From contig JBARWC010000118.1 in the NCBI GenBank assembly GCA_049646585.1, positions 30,680 through 94,679 on the forward strand: 64,000 nucleotides of DNA. The letters are read 5' to 3'. This document shows, piece after piece, positions 46,092 to 55,129 of this stretch. The notes below the pieces were generated by a model that saw nothing but the letters and a program-made list of their open reading frames with translations, did no database searches and was not told where the DNA came from. How positions within the stretch are numbered: the first letter of the stretch is position 1; each line of letters starts with the position of its first letter. This DNA is from Burkholderiaceae bacterium. Lineage in GTDB: Bacteria; Pseudomonadota; Gammaproteobacteria; Burkholderiales; Burkholderiaceae_B. The position numbers were made by a program, and so were the translations under genes.

Positions 46092-46634
46092 ATGCCGCTA
46101 AAGCCGCTTTCTCCCCAAGCCTTCCATCAAAACCAGGGTGAAGGCATCTTGCTTGTAGACATCCGCTCGGCGGATGAGTATGCCCGCGAGCATATTGCGC
46201 AAGCCCGTCATATCCCACTGGAGCAAATGGCCCAGGCCTCAGCCGCCCTTCACGGAGCAAAGGCCGTCGTCTTTCATTGCCGCTCGGGCAACCGCACGGC
46301 GCTGAATGCGGAAATGCTTGGCGCTTGCGTCAGTTGCGATGCCTATGTGCTGGAGGGCGGCCTGGATGCCTGGAAGAAGGCCGGGCTGCCGGTGGTGACC
46401 GATGCCGCGCAGCCGCTGGAATTGCAGAGGCAGGTGCAGATTGCCGCTGGTACGATGATAGTGCTTGGAACGGCACTGGGAGCCACCGTGTCGCCATGGT
46501 TCCTGATGCTGTCCGGCTTTGTGGGCGCCGGACTGATATTCGCGGGCGTATCCGGCTTCTGCGGGCTGGCCCGCCTGCTCATGAAGATGCCCTGGAACCG
46601 CAAGCCATTGACCAAGGAGGCGCTCGGCTCGTAG
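46092..46634 (+). CDS. Membrane-anchored rhodanese (YgaP-like: rhodanese plus DUF2892 TM hairpin)
   Basis: Active-site loop HCRSGNRT. The C-terminal part has two hydrophobic helices (IAAGTMIVLGTALG..LSGFVGAGLIFAGVSGFCGLA). Confidence 0.8.
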   Translation: MPLKPLSPQAFHQNQGEGILLVDIRSADEYAREHIAQARHIPLEQMAQASAALHGAKAVVFHCRSGNRTALNAEMLGACVSCDAYVLEGGLDAWKKAGLPVVTDAAQPLELQRQVQIAAGTMIVLGTALGATVSPWFLMLSGFVGAGLIFAGVSGFCGLARLLMKMPWNRKPLTKEALGS

Positions 46635-46670
46635 CTGAAGCGCACCTCTAAAAAAGGAAGGCGCATCATC

Positions 46671-47915
46671 ATGAAGCTGCTGGCCCTGACTTACGGCACC
46701 GAAGGCGATACGCGCCCTATTGCGGCGCTGTGCCGCGCCTTGATGGACGCCGGGCATGAAACCTTGTTGCTCGCCGACCAAAGCACGCTTGCCAGCGCTC
46801 GCAGCCTTGCGGTGCCGCACGCCGCCTTAAGCGGAAACATCCAAGCCAGTCTGGCGGATCTGCTTGCGCAAGGAAAAGGGATCAACGCCACGGTCGCCGC
46901 CTTGTCCAGCATCGCCAACGCCCAAGCGGAGAGCTGGATGCGGCAAGCCGCCGACGCGGCGGCGGACTGCGATGCCATCATTGTTTCCGGGCTGGCCGCC
47001 TTCGTGGGGCTGTCCATTGCCGAACACCTGGGTATCCCAGCCATCGGCGCCGGCATGATCCCTATTTCCCCGACCAGCACATTTCCTTCGCCCTTTATCC
47101 CCACCGACAAGCTGCCGCCGGCACTGAACAAAGCAAGCCATCACCTGGTCAACTGGGTGCTGTGGCTTACTTTCAGGAAGTCGGTCAACCGTGCCAGAAA
47201 GGCAGTGTTGGGACAGAAGCCGCGTCATAGCCTCTGGACCAAGCACCCCATGCTCTATGGCGTCTCTCCCGCATTGCTGCCGGCACCGGCCGATTGGCCT
47301 GAAAACGCGAAGCTGTGCGGGCAGTGGCTGGCACCCACCGATGCCTGGTCGCCCCCACCCGAACTGGATAGCTTTCTGGGCGCGGGCGAGCCCCCGGTAT
47401 ACCTGGGATTCGGCAGCATGACGGGCTTCGACCAAAAGGCTTTGCTGCGTACGCTGCTGGACGGCCTGCAAGAAGAGCGCATTCTCTTTTACCCAGGCTG
47501 GTCGGGCTTGCCCGACATTCCCTTGCCGGACAACTGCCTGGTAGTCGGCAATACGCCTCATGACTGGCTCTTTCCTCGCTGCTCCTTGGCCATACACCAC
47601 GGCGGCAGCGGCACCACCCACTCGGCATGCCGCGCCGGCATTCCCTCTGTCGTGCTGCCTTTCGCGGGCGACCAGTTTTTCTGGGCCCATCAACTGGCAC
47701 GCCTGGGCGTGGCCAAGGCGCCGATTGCCACCAAGCAAATCAACGCCGACGCCATCCGGCAAGCCGTCCGCTTCGCCAAATCCGCACAGGCAAAGTCAAG
47801 GTCCGCAGCGCTGGCGGCAGCCATGTCCAAGGAGAACGGAACGGCTGCCGCTGTCAGGGAAATCGAATCAATGCTTGAAGGCCATGCGGCAAAAAGAAAT
47901 GCCAAAACAGCCTGA
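46671..47915 (+). CDS. GT1-family (UDP-glycosyltransferase/MGT-type) glycosyltransferase
   Basis: N-terminal TYGTEGDTRP and the C-terminal nucleotide-sugar motif HHGGSGTTHSACRAGIPSVVLPFAGDQFFWA. Confidence 0.8.
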   Translation: MKLLALTYGTEGDTRPIAALCRALMDAGHETLLLADQSTLASARSLAVPHAALSGNIQASLADLLAQGKGINATVAALSSIANAQAESWMRQAADAAADCDAIIVSGLAAFVGLSIAEHLGIPAIGAGMIPISPTSTFPSPFIPTDKLPPALNKASHHLVNWVLWLTFRKSVNRARKAVLGQKPRHSLWTKHPMLYGVSPALLPAPADWPENAKLCGQWLAPTDAWSPPPELDSFLGAGEPPVYLGFGSMTGFDQKALLRTLLDGLQEERILFYPGWSGLPDIPLPDNCLVVGNTPHDWLFPRCSLAIHHGGSGTTHSACRAGIPSVVLPFAGDQFFWAHQLARLGVAKAPIATKQINADAIRQAVRFAKSAQAKSRSAALAAAMSKENGTAAAVREIESMLEGHAAKRNAKTA

Positions 47916-48004
47916 GCGCAGTCCCCTTGCCGCCAAACAGTCAAGCATTGGACAAGCACCCCCAGCCACCCTAAACTCGTTTTCATATTTTTCAGGATGG
48001 GGCA

Positions 48005-49399
48005 ATGCAAACAACTGAATCCGCTGAACGCGCAACATCGATTCTGGCCGAATTTACCGCCAAACTTAGCTTCGACCAGATACCCACAACCCTGATCGCC
48101 GACCTCAAGCTTCATGTGCTGGATGGGATAGGCGTTGCCATTTACGGCTCCCAACTGCCTTGGACTCGCATCGTGGTCGAAACCATGGTCGAGCAAGGCG
48201 GCGCGGCATCCGCAACGATCTGGGGAAGCGATTATCGCGTTACGCCGTCGCAAGCGGCACTGGTGAATGCAACGGCCGGCCACTCCTTCGAGATGGACGA
48301 TATCCACAAGGAATCGGTACTCCATCCTAATTCGCTTTCCGTCCCGGTCGCTTTGGCTCTGGCCGAGTCGCGCCCGTCGATTACCGGAAAAGATGTCTTG
48401 ACGGCCCTGGTCGCCGGCACCGAGCTGGGCGCGCGCATAGGAAATGCGGCGACGACCGCGCTTTTCCTTAATGGCTTCCACCCCCAGGGGACTACCGGCG
48501 CTTTCGTCTCGGCGGGCACGGCGGGCAACTTGCTCAAGCTCGGGCCTGGCGCAATGCTGCACGCGATCGGAATCGCCGGCTCCATGGGCGCGGGCTTGAT
48601 GGCGGCGCAAGAAGGAGCGATGGTCAAGCGCTTTCACGCCGGCAGGGCCGCCGAATCGGGGCTGCTTGCCGCATCCCTGGCCGGCAAAGGGTTTACCGGC
48701 ATAGAAAACATAGTCGAAGCGGCTTACGGGGGCTTTCTTAGCGCTTTTGCGCGAACCTACAAGCTTGAGCGTCTGCTGGACGGCCTGGGCTCGTACTGGG
48801 AAGCCGGCCAGGTCGGGTACAAGATGTACCCCAGCGTCACCAGCATACATACCGCTCTGGACGCCCTGAAGCAACTGATGGGTGAACACCAGATCTCCGC
48901 CGGCGATATTCAACGCATCGATGTCGGCTGCGGACACATGACCTATGTGCACACCGCATGGCCTTACGAGCCCAGCGGGGTGACCGCGGCCCAGATGAAT
49001 CTGTTCTACGGGCTGGCGGTGATGGCAATACGCGGCAACGTCACGCCCGCGAATTATGCGCAAGATACCATTGCCGATGCCGATGTGCTGGCCTTCATTC
49101 CAAAAATCCATCCATACGAAGACCAGGAAATCGACGATAAAGGCCCTGCCGCGCGGCACGCCGTAAAGATGAAAGTAACGACGAAATCGGGTCGGGAACT
49201 GCGCTGCGATATATGGGCCCGACGGGGCAGCCCCGAGTGCCCGGTTTCCGACGACGAGGTGAAAGCGAAGTTCATCGCCAACACACAAGGCGTGCTGGCG
49301 GAAAGCATCCAAGGCAAGATTATCGAGCTGGTCTTGAATCTGGACGATATGCAATCCCTGTCGACCCTGACCGATTTGCTTAGGGTGAAAAAGGGCTGA
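48005..49399 (+). CDS. MmgE/PrpD-family protein (paralog 1)
   Basis: 464 aa with the two-domain MmgE/PrpD pattern (..ATAGHSFEMDDIHKESVLHP..). Confidence 0.8.
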   Translation: MQTTESAERATSILAEFTAKLSFDQIPTTLIADLKLHVLDGIGVAIYGSQLPWTRIVVETMVEQGGAASATIWGSDYRVTPSQAALVNATAGHSFEMDDIHKESVLHPNSLSVPVALALAESRPSITGKDVLTALVAGTELGARIGNAATTALFLNGFHPQGTTGAFVSAGTAGNLLKLGPGAMLHAIGIAGSMGAGLMAAQEGAMVKRFHAGRAAESGLLAASLAGKGFTGIENIVEAAYGGFLSAFARTYKLERLLDGLGSYWEAGQVGYKMYPSVTSIHTALDALKQLMGEHQISAGDIQRIDVGCGHMTYVHTAWPYEPSGVTAAQMNLFYGLAVMAIRGNVTPANYAQDTIADADVLAFIPKIHPYEDQEIDDKGPAARHAVKMKVTTKSGRELRCDIWARRGSPECPVSDDEVKAKFIANTQGVLAESIQGKIIELVLNLDDMQSLSTLTDLLRVKKG

Positions 49400-49432
49400 G
49401 CCAGACTTGCGGCGCAGCCCTTGCAGCCAAGG

Positions 49433-50989
49433 CTAGTGCGCCAAAGGTGTCAGAGAGGGATACGGCCCATCGATGAAGGTGTATTGCTCCAGCACCGCTT
49501 GGGCCAGTTTGCGGCGACTGACCTTGCCCTGGGCATTGCGCGGAAATTCTGCCACCGCCACATAGGCACGAGGCTGTTTATGCCTCGACAGTTTATGGGC
49601 GCGTTCTTGAGCCGCCGCTTCCCAGCCCGGCTTGGGGTTCTCGGCCACCGCCACGATGACTTCGCCCCAATAGTCCGACGGTATGGCGGCAATGACGATA
49701 TCCGCGTTGCCATCGCCTATCACCCATTGCACTTCGTCGGGATTGACGCGATACCCGCCCGTCTTGATGACATCGGCCAATCGGCCGGTAAGCCAAAGCC
49801 TGCCCTGGCCATCCAGGTAGCCCTGGTCGCCGGTGCGATGCCAGCCATCGGGCTCGTGCGGCCGAAAGCCATTTTCGTCCAGCATGCAATCGGACATCTG
49901 CTGCCCGCGCAGCCAGACTTCGCCCTCGCCCGGCGCGTCGGTGTTTTCACCGCCCGGCTCCAGCGCGATGCGAATTTCGATTCCCGGAGAAGGCCACCCC
50001 ACGCAGGTTCCAGGCCCGTGATCGGAGGACGCGTAAAGCTGCTCCGACTCTCTGCCATCGAGCACGGTAATGGGGTTGATGCATTCGGTCTTGCCGAAGG
50101 TGACCCGCACGACGTGGCCGAACATGGCCGCCGCCGTGTCGTACAGCGAGGCGGTAAGCGGCTGCGTACCGGTGAACACACAACGCACGCCGTCAAAACG
50201 CCGCTGGCCCAGCACGCGCGACAGCTTGGCCAGCATGGTAGGCGGGGCGAACACGGCGGAAACGCCGGCCGATTCCAGGCAAGAGGAAACTATGTCGGTC
50301 TGGACGCCGTTAAGCAGCAAGACTTCACCGCCGTAGTCGCACCACGCAAAGGCCAGCAGCGAAGCGCCATGTGTGAACGGGGTCATCAATAGAATGCGTT
50401 CGCCCGGGGCGGGCACGAAAGGCATCGTGGCCTTGAGCAGTTGCTCGCCCGACCAGCGCCTACCATGCGAATACACGGCCGCCTTGGGCAAGCCAGTGGT
50501 GCCGGACGTGAACAGTATCCGCCCCGGCATGGAAGCGGGCACCGGATCCAGCGGCAAGCCCGGGTCGCAGGGCGGGACGTCGTCCACCACAAGGACGTCC
50601 AGGCCCAGTTCCTGAACCTGCGCCGCGCGGGCCTTATCCGTAACCACCAGGCCGAACTTCGCGATGCGCGAGCTCCAGGCTATCTCGTGGCTGGTATAGC
50701 CATAGTTCATGGGCGCCTCGGCGACACCCGAAATTTTCATGCCGTAGGAGACCCAGGCGGCATCCAGGCAGTTGGGCAGCAGCGACGCCACGTGCACGCC
50801 TTGCCTGCAAGCCTTGCGCCGCAAGGCCAGCGCTAGGCCGTGCGCCCGGGCGCACAAGTCCTGATAAGAAAGCGTGTGCTTGCCATCGGAAAAGGCCGGC
50901 CTGTCGGTAAAGCGACTGGCAAGGGTCTGCAATGCCGCCGACCAGGGAATGGCCGGCTGCCTGGGGTCGCTGCCCTGAAATGATGTCAC
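49433..50989 (-). CDS. AMP-forming acyl-CoA synthetase (adenylate-forming superfamily)
   Basis: ILFTSGTTGLPKA, HRTGDQGY and IKTGGYRV core motifs. Confidence 0.88.
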   Translation of the reverse strand: MTSFQGSDPRQPAIPWSAALQTLASRFTDRPAFSDGKHTLSYQDLCARAHGLALALRRKACRQGVHVASLLPNCLDAAWVSYGMKISGVAEAPMNYGYTSHEIAWSSRIAKFGLVVTDKARAAQVQELGLDVLVVDDVPPCDPGLPLDPVPASMPGRILFTSGTTGLPKAAVYSHGRRWSGEQLLKATMPFVPAPGERILLMTPFTHGASLLAFAWCDYGGEVLLLNGVQTDIVSSCLESAGVSAVFAPPTMLAKLSRVLGQRRFDGVRCVFTGTQPLTASLYDTAAAMFGHVVRVTFGKTECINPITVLDGRESEQLYASSDHGPGTCVGWPSPGIEIRIALEPGGENTDAPGEGEVWLRGQQMSDCMLDENGFRPHEPDGWHRTGDQGYLDGQGRLWLTGRLADVIKTGGYRVNPDEVQWVIGDGNADIVIAAIPSDYWGEVIVAVAENPKPGWEAAAQERAHKLSRHKQPRAYVAVAEFPRNAQGKVSRRKLAQAVLEQYTFIDGPYPSLTPLAH

Positions 50990-50990
50990 G

Positions 50991-52277
50991 TCAACCGCCT
51001 CCGGATACCGGCATCAGGAGCTGCGGCAACCACAACGAGATCGACGGTATGTAAGTGATGAGACCGAGCAATACCAACATGACCAGGACGATGGGAACCG
51101 TTCCGCGAGTGACCTCGAGTAGCGGCGTCTTGGAAATATTGGCGATGACAAAAAGGTTCAGCCCCACCGGAGGCGTCAGCAAGGCGATCTCCATATTGAT
51201 CACCATGACCACGGCAAAGTGGATGGGGTCTATGCCCAAGGGCCCCAGCATGGGTATAAGCAAGGGCAAGGTGATCAACATGATCGAATACACTTCCAGG
51301 AACATGCCTAGAAGCAGCAGGACCACGTTGACAGCAAGCAAGAATTGCCACCCCTCGATTTTGGACTCTTGCACCACACCGATCAGCCAGGCCGCAATGC
51401 CGCTTTCTGTGATCCAGTGCCCGAATGCCAATGCCACGGCGACGATCAGCAGAATGGAGGCGGCGTTGCGCACCCCTTCGGCCAACAGCGGCAGCAACTG
51501 CGAAAGAGTGATGCCGCGATAAAAGAACAGCGACAACACGGCGGCAACAATGGCCGACAAGGCGGCGGATTCCGTCAAGGTGACAACGCCCCCATACAAC
51601 CCGCCCAGCACAATGACGGGAATGGACAGCGCCGGGAGAGCGCGCACCGTCTGGCGGATCTTGCCGCTTAACGGGGTGGACTCGTTGCCGGCATAGCCCT
51701 TCTTGCGGCTGAACCAGATAATGTAAGCGCCCAGGAAAAAGGCCTGCATCAGGCCGGGTATCACGCCGGCGAAGAACAGCCGGGGAATGGAGGTGTCGGC
51801 AAGCACACCGAAAACCACAAAGGCCAGGGAAGGCGGGATCAGGATGCCCAAGGTTCCCGATGCGCCCACCACGCCGGCGGAAAACGATCGGCTGTAGCCG
51901 CCGCGGTGCATGGCCGGAACCAGTATGGTGCCCATTGCGATGGCCGTGGCGACGGAAGACCCGCACATGGCGGCGAAGATGGCGCAGGACAGCACGGCCA
52001 CCAGGCCGATGCCGCCGGGGACCCGCCCTATCCAGCTTGCGGCGGCATCGATCAACGCCCGTGCCACTCCCCCCTTTTCCATGAAGGTGGCGGCAATCAC
52101 AAAATAAGGAACGGCCAGCAGTGTCGTGGAATTCAGTTCATCAATCAGCTTCTGGGCATAGGGCAACATGCGCCCATCAAGGCCGAACAGGGCGGCCCCC
52201 GTGACACCCAACGCCAGGTAGATGGGAACGCCAAGTACCAGTAGAACCAGGAAGGAGCTTAGGACCAGGCTGCTCAC
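50991..52277 (-). CDS. dctM: TRAP transporter large permease (DctM family)
   Basis: About 428 aa polytopic protein. GTG 52277 overlaps the dctQ stop (GTGA). The track ORF N-terminus is non-hydrophobic and was trimmed. Confidence 0.88.
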   Translation of the reverse strand: MSSLVLSSFLVLLVLGVPIYLALGVTGAALFGLDGRMLPYAQKLIDELNSTTLLAVPYFVIAATFMEKGGVARALIDAAASWIGRVPGGIGLVAVLSCAIFAAMCGSSVATAIAMGTILVPAMHRGGYSRSFSAGVVGASGTLGILIPPSLAFVVFGVLADTSIPRLFFAGVIPGLMQAFFLGAYIIWFSRKKGYAGNESTPLSGKIRQTVRALPALSIPVIVLGGLYGGVVTLTESAALSAIVAAVLSLFFYRGITLSQLLPLLAEGVRNAASILLIVAVALAFGHWITESGIAAWLIGVVQESKIEGWQFLLAVNVVLLLLGMFLEVYSIMLITLPLLIPMLGPLGIDPIHFAVVMVINMEIALLTPPVGLNLFVIANISKTPLLEVTRGTVPIVLVMLVLLGLITYIPSISLWLPQLLMPVSGGG

Positions 52278-52906
52278 GATGCCCTCCCGCCGCGGAAAAA
52301 TTGGGCGATGCGGATTGCGTAATGTATGGCCATGAGCAAACACCCTGTGGGCAGGGCCGCAAAATAAATCCACAATGGGAAGCGCAGGGAGCTGATGGAC
52401 AGGTCACCGAAATCGTAGGATTGCCAGGTGACGATGGTTCCGTAGTACACCAGCATGCACGAGAAACCCAGCCCAAGCAGATCGCCGAACAACAGCAATT
52501 TTGATTGGACGGACTTGCTGAACATGCCCACGAACAAGTCCGCCTTGACGTGCCTGTCGGTGGCCGTTACCACACCCAGCACCAGGAACATCGACCATAC
52601 GATGATGTAGACCTGGACTTCGTCGCTCCATTCCAGTGTATGCGCGGGTGCGAAGTAACGCACCACGATGTTGTAGAAGCAGACCAGCAGCGCCGCCAGC
52701 GCCAGGGCTCCGACGACGATCTGTTCCAGGTGGGTGCCGGATGCGTCGTCCGTGCTGGCTTCCAGCTCGGCGGCGGCCTTGTCCGCCAGGCCCGCGTAGA
52801 GTGATCCGCGTACGCTATCCTCCGCAACCGGCGAAGCTTCTTCCCCTGCCCGATGGCCATGCGCGGCGGGCTGTGAAGCGCCGGGCGAATAGGCTTTGGA
52901 CATCAA
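52274..52906 (-). CDS. dctQ: TRAP transporter small permease (DctQ family) with a hydrophilic N-terminal extension
   Basis: Four TM segments in the C-terminal 150 aa. The ATG overlaps the dctP stop (ATGA). An extension of about 55 aa is rich in A/S/E/G. Confidence 0.8.
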   Translation of the reverse strand: MMSKAYSPGASQPAAHGHRAGEEASPVAEDSVRGSLYAGLADKAAAELEASTDDASGTHLEQIVVGALALAALLVCFYNIVVRYFAPAHTLEWSDEVQVYIIVWSMFLVLGVVTATDRHVKADLFVGMFSKSVQSKLLLFGDLLGLGFSCMLVYYGTIVTWQSYDFGDLSISSLRFPLWIYFAALPTGCLLMAIHYAIRIAQFFRGGRAS

Positions 52907-53937
52907 AAGCCCACCTTGGCGGCGCGCAGCTCTTGCATGGCGATATCGACGATATCCTGGTCGATCTTCATTTCCTTGATCACGCCCGGCTGGATGCTCA
53001 TCAGGGAAGCTCGCATGGCGGCGATCTTTTCTGGCGACGGCTGCGCCATTTTCACGCCGTGATCGATCAGCGTCTGGCGCGCATCGAGCTGGGCCTTGCC
53101 GGCCATCTCGCGTTGCTGCTTGACGGAAACTTCCCAGGACTCAAGGATGGCGTTCTGGATTTCCTTGGGCTGCTTATCCCAGAACGATAGCCGGATCATG
53201 GGCACGTACTGGCCCATGAACTGATTGTCTTCAAACCCGTACTTCAGGCCGGAATCGTAAAGCTTGGCTGTCGCCGCGCTTTCGTGTGTGGTGGCCACAC
53301 CCTGGACCACGCCCTGGCTCATGGCCAGTGGCAGGTCGGGGTAGGGGATCAGCGTGGGCACTATGCCCTGGAACTTGAGGCGCTCTGCGTTGGCGGTGCC
53401 GCCCGAAAAGCGTATCTTCATGCCCTTCAGGTCGTCGTAAGACTTGATTTCCTTGGTGCTGCTATAGAAATGCTGCATGCCCAGGTCGGCCCATTTCCCA
53501 AGGATCTTTACCTTCAGCCTGTCTTCCGTGCGCTTGTTCAGGAAATCGCCAAGCTTGCCGTCCATGACGGTATGCACCGTGGCCGGATCGACGCCATAGA
53601 ACATGGGCAAGGTCTGCAAGGCGATGTTGGGAACCAGCCCATCCAGTTGCCAGGTGCCCGGCACGCCCATTTCGATGGCGCCTTGACGCAAGGCCTTGGG
53701 TACATCGCGATCCCGGTACACCTGGCCGCTGGGATAGATTTCGATATCCAGTTTGTCGCCGACCCGTTTTTTTAGTTCCTTGGCAAATATGTCGACGCCC
53801 CGATTCCTGACGTGGGAAGGGTTGGTGTCCAGGGATATGCGGAATTTTTCTTGGCTGGATGCTGTGGTTGGCGCAAGCATGGATACGGCTGCTGCAACAG
53901 AACCCACGAAGGCAAGTGCCTTACGGATCTTCATCAT
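52903..53937 (-). CDS. dctP: TRAP transporter substrate-binding protein (DctP family)
   Basis: Signal peptide MMKIRKALAFVGSVAAAVSMLAPTTASS and a DctP-type fold. RBS AAAGGAGA. Confidence 0.88.
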   Translation of the reverse strand: MMKIRKALAFVGSVAAAVSMLAPTTASSQEKFRISLDTNPSHVRNRGVDIFAKELKKRVGDKLDIEIYPSGQVYRDRDVPKALRQGAIEMGVPGTWQLDGLVPNIALQTLPMFYGVDPATVHTVMDGKLGDFLNKRTEDRLKVKILGKWADLGMQHFYSSTKEIKSYDDLKGMKIRFSGGTANAERLKFQGIVPTLIPYPDLPLAMSQGVVQGVATTHESAATAKLYDSGLKYGFEDNQFMGQYVPMIRLSFWDKQPKEIQNAILESWEVSVKQQREMAGKAQLDARQTLIDHGVKMAQPSPEKIAAMRASLMSIQPGVIKEMKIDQDIVDIAMQELRAAKVGF

Positions 53938-54000
53938 TGTCTCCTTTATTGGCTTGAATAATTCCTGCCTTGGAACGATGCTGACCAAGTTTTTTTCAAA

Positions 54001-54104
54001 TGTACCTACATTTGATTTTCTTGTAAAGGATGAGGCAATGAAAAAGTGAAAACAAATTTATTTGTCTATTCATAAGGTACGTACATATAAGGTACGTACA
54101 TATA
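54001..54104. promoter_or_regulatory. GTAC(G/C)TACAT repeats in the dctP-gntR divergent region (candidate GntR operator)
   Basis: TGTACCTACATTTGAT lies at 54001-54016. The exact 15-bp tandem ATAAGGTACGTACAT occurs twice at 54072-54101. Confidence 0.55.
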
Positions 54105-54220
54105 AAACAAGGCGGAATTTATCCTGAACTTGCCCTGAATCGTCGTCTGAATCAAAATGATCGCTCGGCCCCAAGACGAGCGCTTAAAATCTCGCAACAC
54201 GACCTTTCCGGCGAACCACC

Positions 54221-54991
54221 ATGAGCACATCCAAAATCAAGAAAAACGCGGCAGCATCCCAACCTCGCTATCTTTGGCTTAGGGAATGCCTGCTTAGGGA
54301 TATCACCAATGGGAAGTACCCCGTCGGCAGCCTGTTGCCCGGGGAAAATGAGCTTACCCAGCTGTATGGTGTAAGCCGCCATACCGTGCGCGAGGCTTCG
54401 CGCAAGCTGGCGGACGACGGGCTGATATCCCGCCATCCCGGCATCGGCACCATTGTTTGCTCACGCAAGGAAAAGCCGGTCTATGTCGCCGCCCTGGGAA
54501 CGCTGCCCGAGCTTTTCGACTACACGAACTCCACCCGTGTCCAGGTGCTGGACGGCAGGGAAATCATCGCCACGGGCGAACTGGCCGATACCCTGGAATG
54601 CGAGGAAAGTTCAGCGTGGCTGAACCTGGAAGCCTTGCGTTTCCCGACCGGGCAAGACATACCCATCTCGTATACCCGCATCTACCTTCGGCCTGAATTT
54701 TCCGATATCCGCGAACGGCTGCACGGGAACCACGCCAGCATCTACAGCATGCTGGAACAGCATCACGGGCAAACCATACATACCGTCAGGCAAGAGATCG
54801 CGGCAACGCTGCTGCCGGCCCAGGCAGCCAGGATGTTGGGCGTCAAGCCACGCGTCCCAGCCCTGCACTTGAAGCGCTCTTATCTGAACAAGAAAGATCA
54901 TTTGCTGGCGGTTTCATCGAATCTCTACCCCGTGGGCCGTTTCGAACTGCGCACTTCGTGGACACGCGGCGGCAAGCGCAAGAACCCCTAA
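54221..54991 (+). CDS. GntR-family regulator, HutC subfamily (UTRA effector domain)
   Basis: HTH LPGENELTQLYGVSRHTVREASRKLADDGLISRHPGIGTIV and a C-terminal domain of about 170 aa. Confidence 0.85.
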   Translation: MSTSKIKKNAAASQPRYLWLRECLLRDITNGKYPVGSLLPGENELTQLYGVSRHTVREASRKLADDGLISRHPGIGTIVCSRKEKPVYVAALGTLPELFDYTNSTRVQVLDGREIIATGELADTLECEESSAWLNLEALRFPTGQDIPISYTRIYLRPEFSDIRERLHGNHASIYSMLEQHHGQTIHTVRQEIAATLLPAQAARMLGVKPRVPALHLKRSYLNKKDHLLAVSSNLYPVGRFELRTSWTRGGKRKNP

Positions 54992-55019
54992 GCTCTCCGC
55001 TCAACGCCTTCCCTTTCCC

Positions 55020-55056
55020 AGCCCTGTCAGCCATTTCGAATGGTTGACAGGGCTGA
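55020..55056. terminator. 37-nt near-perfect palindrome downstream of gntR (terminator or protein site)
   Basis: CAGCCCTGTCAGCCATT-TCG-AATGGTTGACAGGGCTG forms a 17-bp stem with one G-T pair. No T-run follows. Confidence 0.45.
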
Positions 55057-55073
55057 TTCATGTAATTACCATG

Positions 55074-55106
55074 TGTACGTACATTTGATTGTACGCACAT
55101 TTAATT
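55074..55106. promoter_or_regulatory. Second set of GTACG(T/C)ACATTT repeats, upstream of the CoA-transferase operon
   Basis: TGTACGTACATTTGATT (55074-55090) is followed directly by GTACGCACATTTAATT (55091-55106). They lie 24-56 bp before ATG 55130. The first copy is identical to the 54001 site except for one base. Confidence 0.55.
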
Positions 55107-55129
55107 AGAATGATCAGGCCGGGGACTTC

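Noticed and set aside
47690-49354. 554-aa minus-strand ORF spanning the GT1 3' end and the first MmgE/PrpD gene
   Set aside because: It is an antisense shadow ORF. It crosses an intergenic region, which real genes on the other strand respect.
50986-51966. 326-aa minus-strand ORF inside dctM
   Set aside because: It is a same-strand alternative frame of the DctM permease. It is not hydrophobic and is Arg/His/Gly-rich. The DctM frame gives a coherent polytopic membrane protein.
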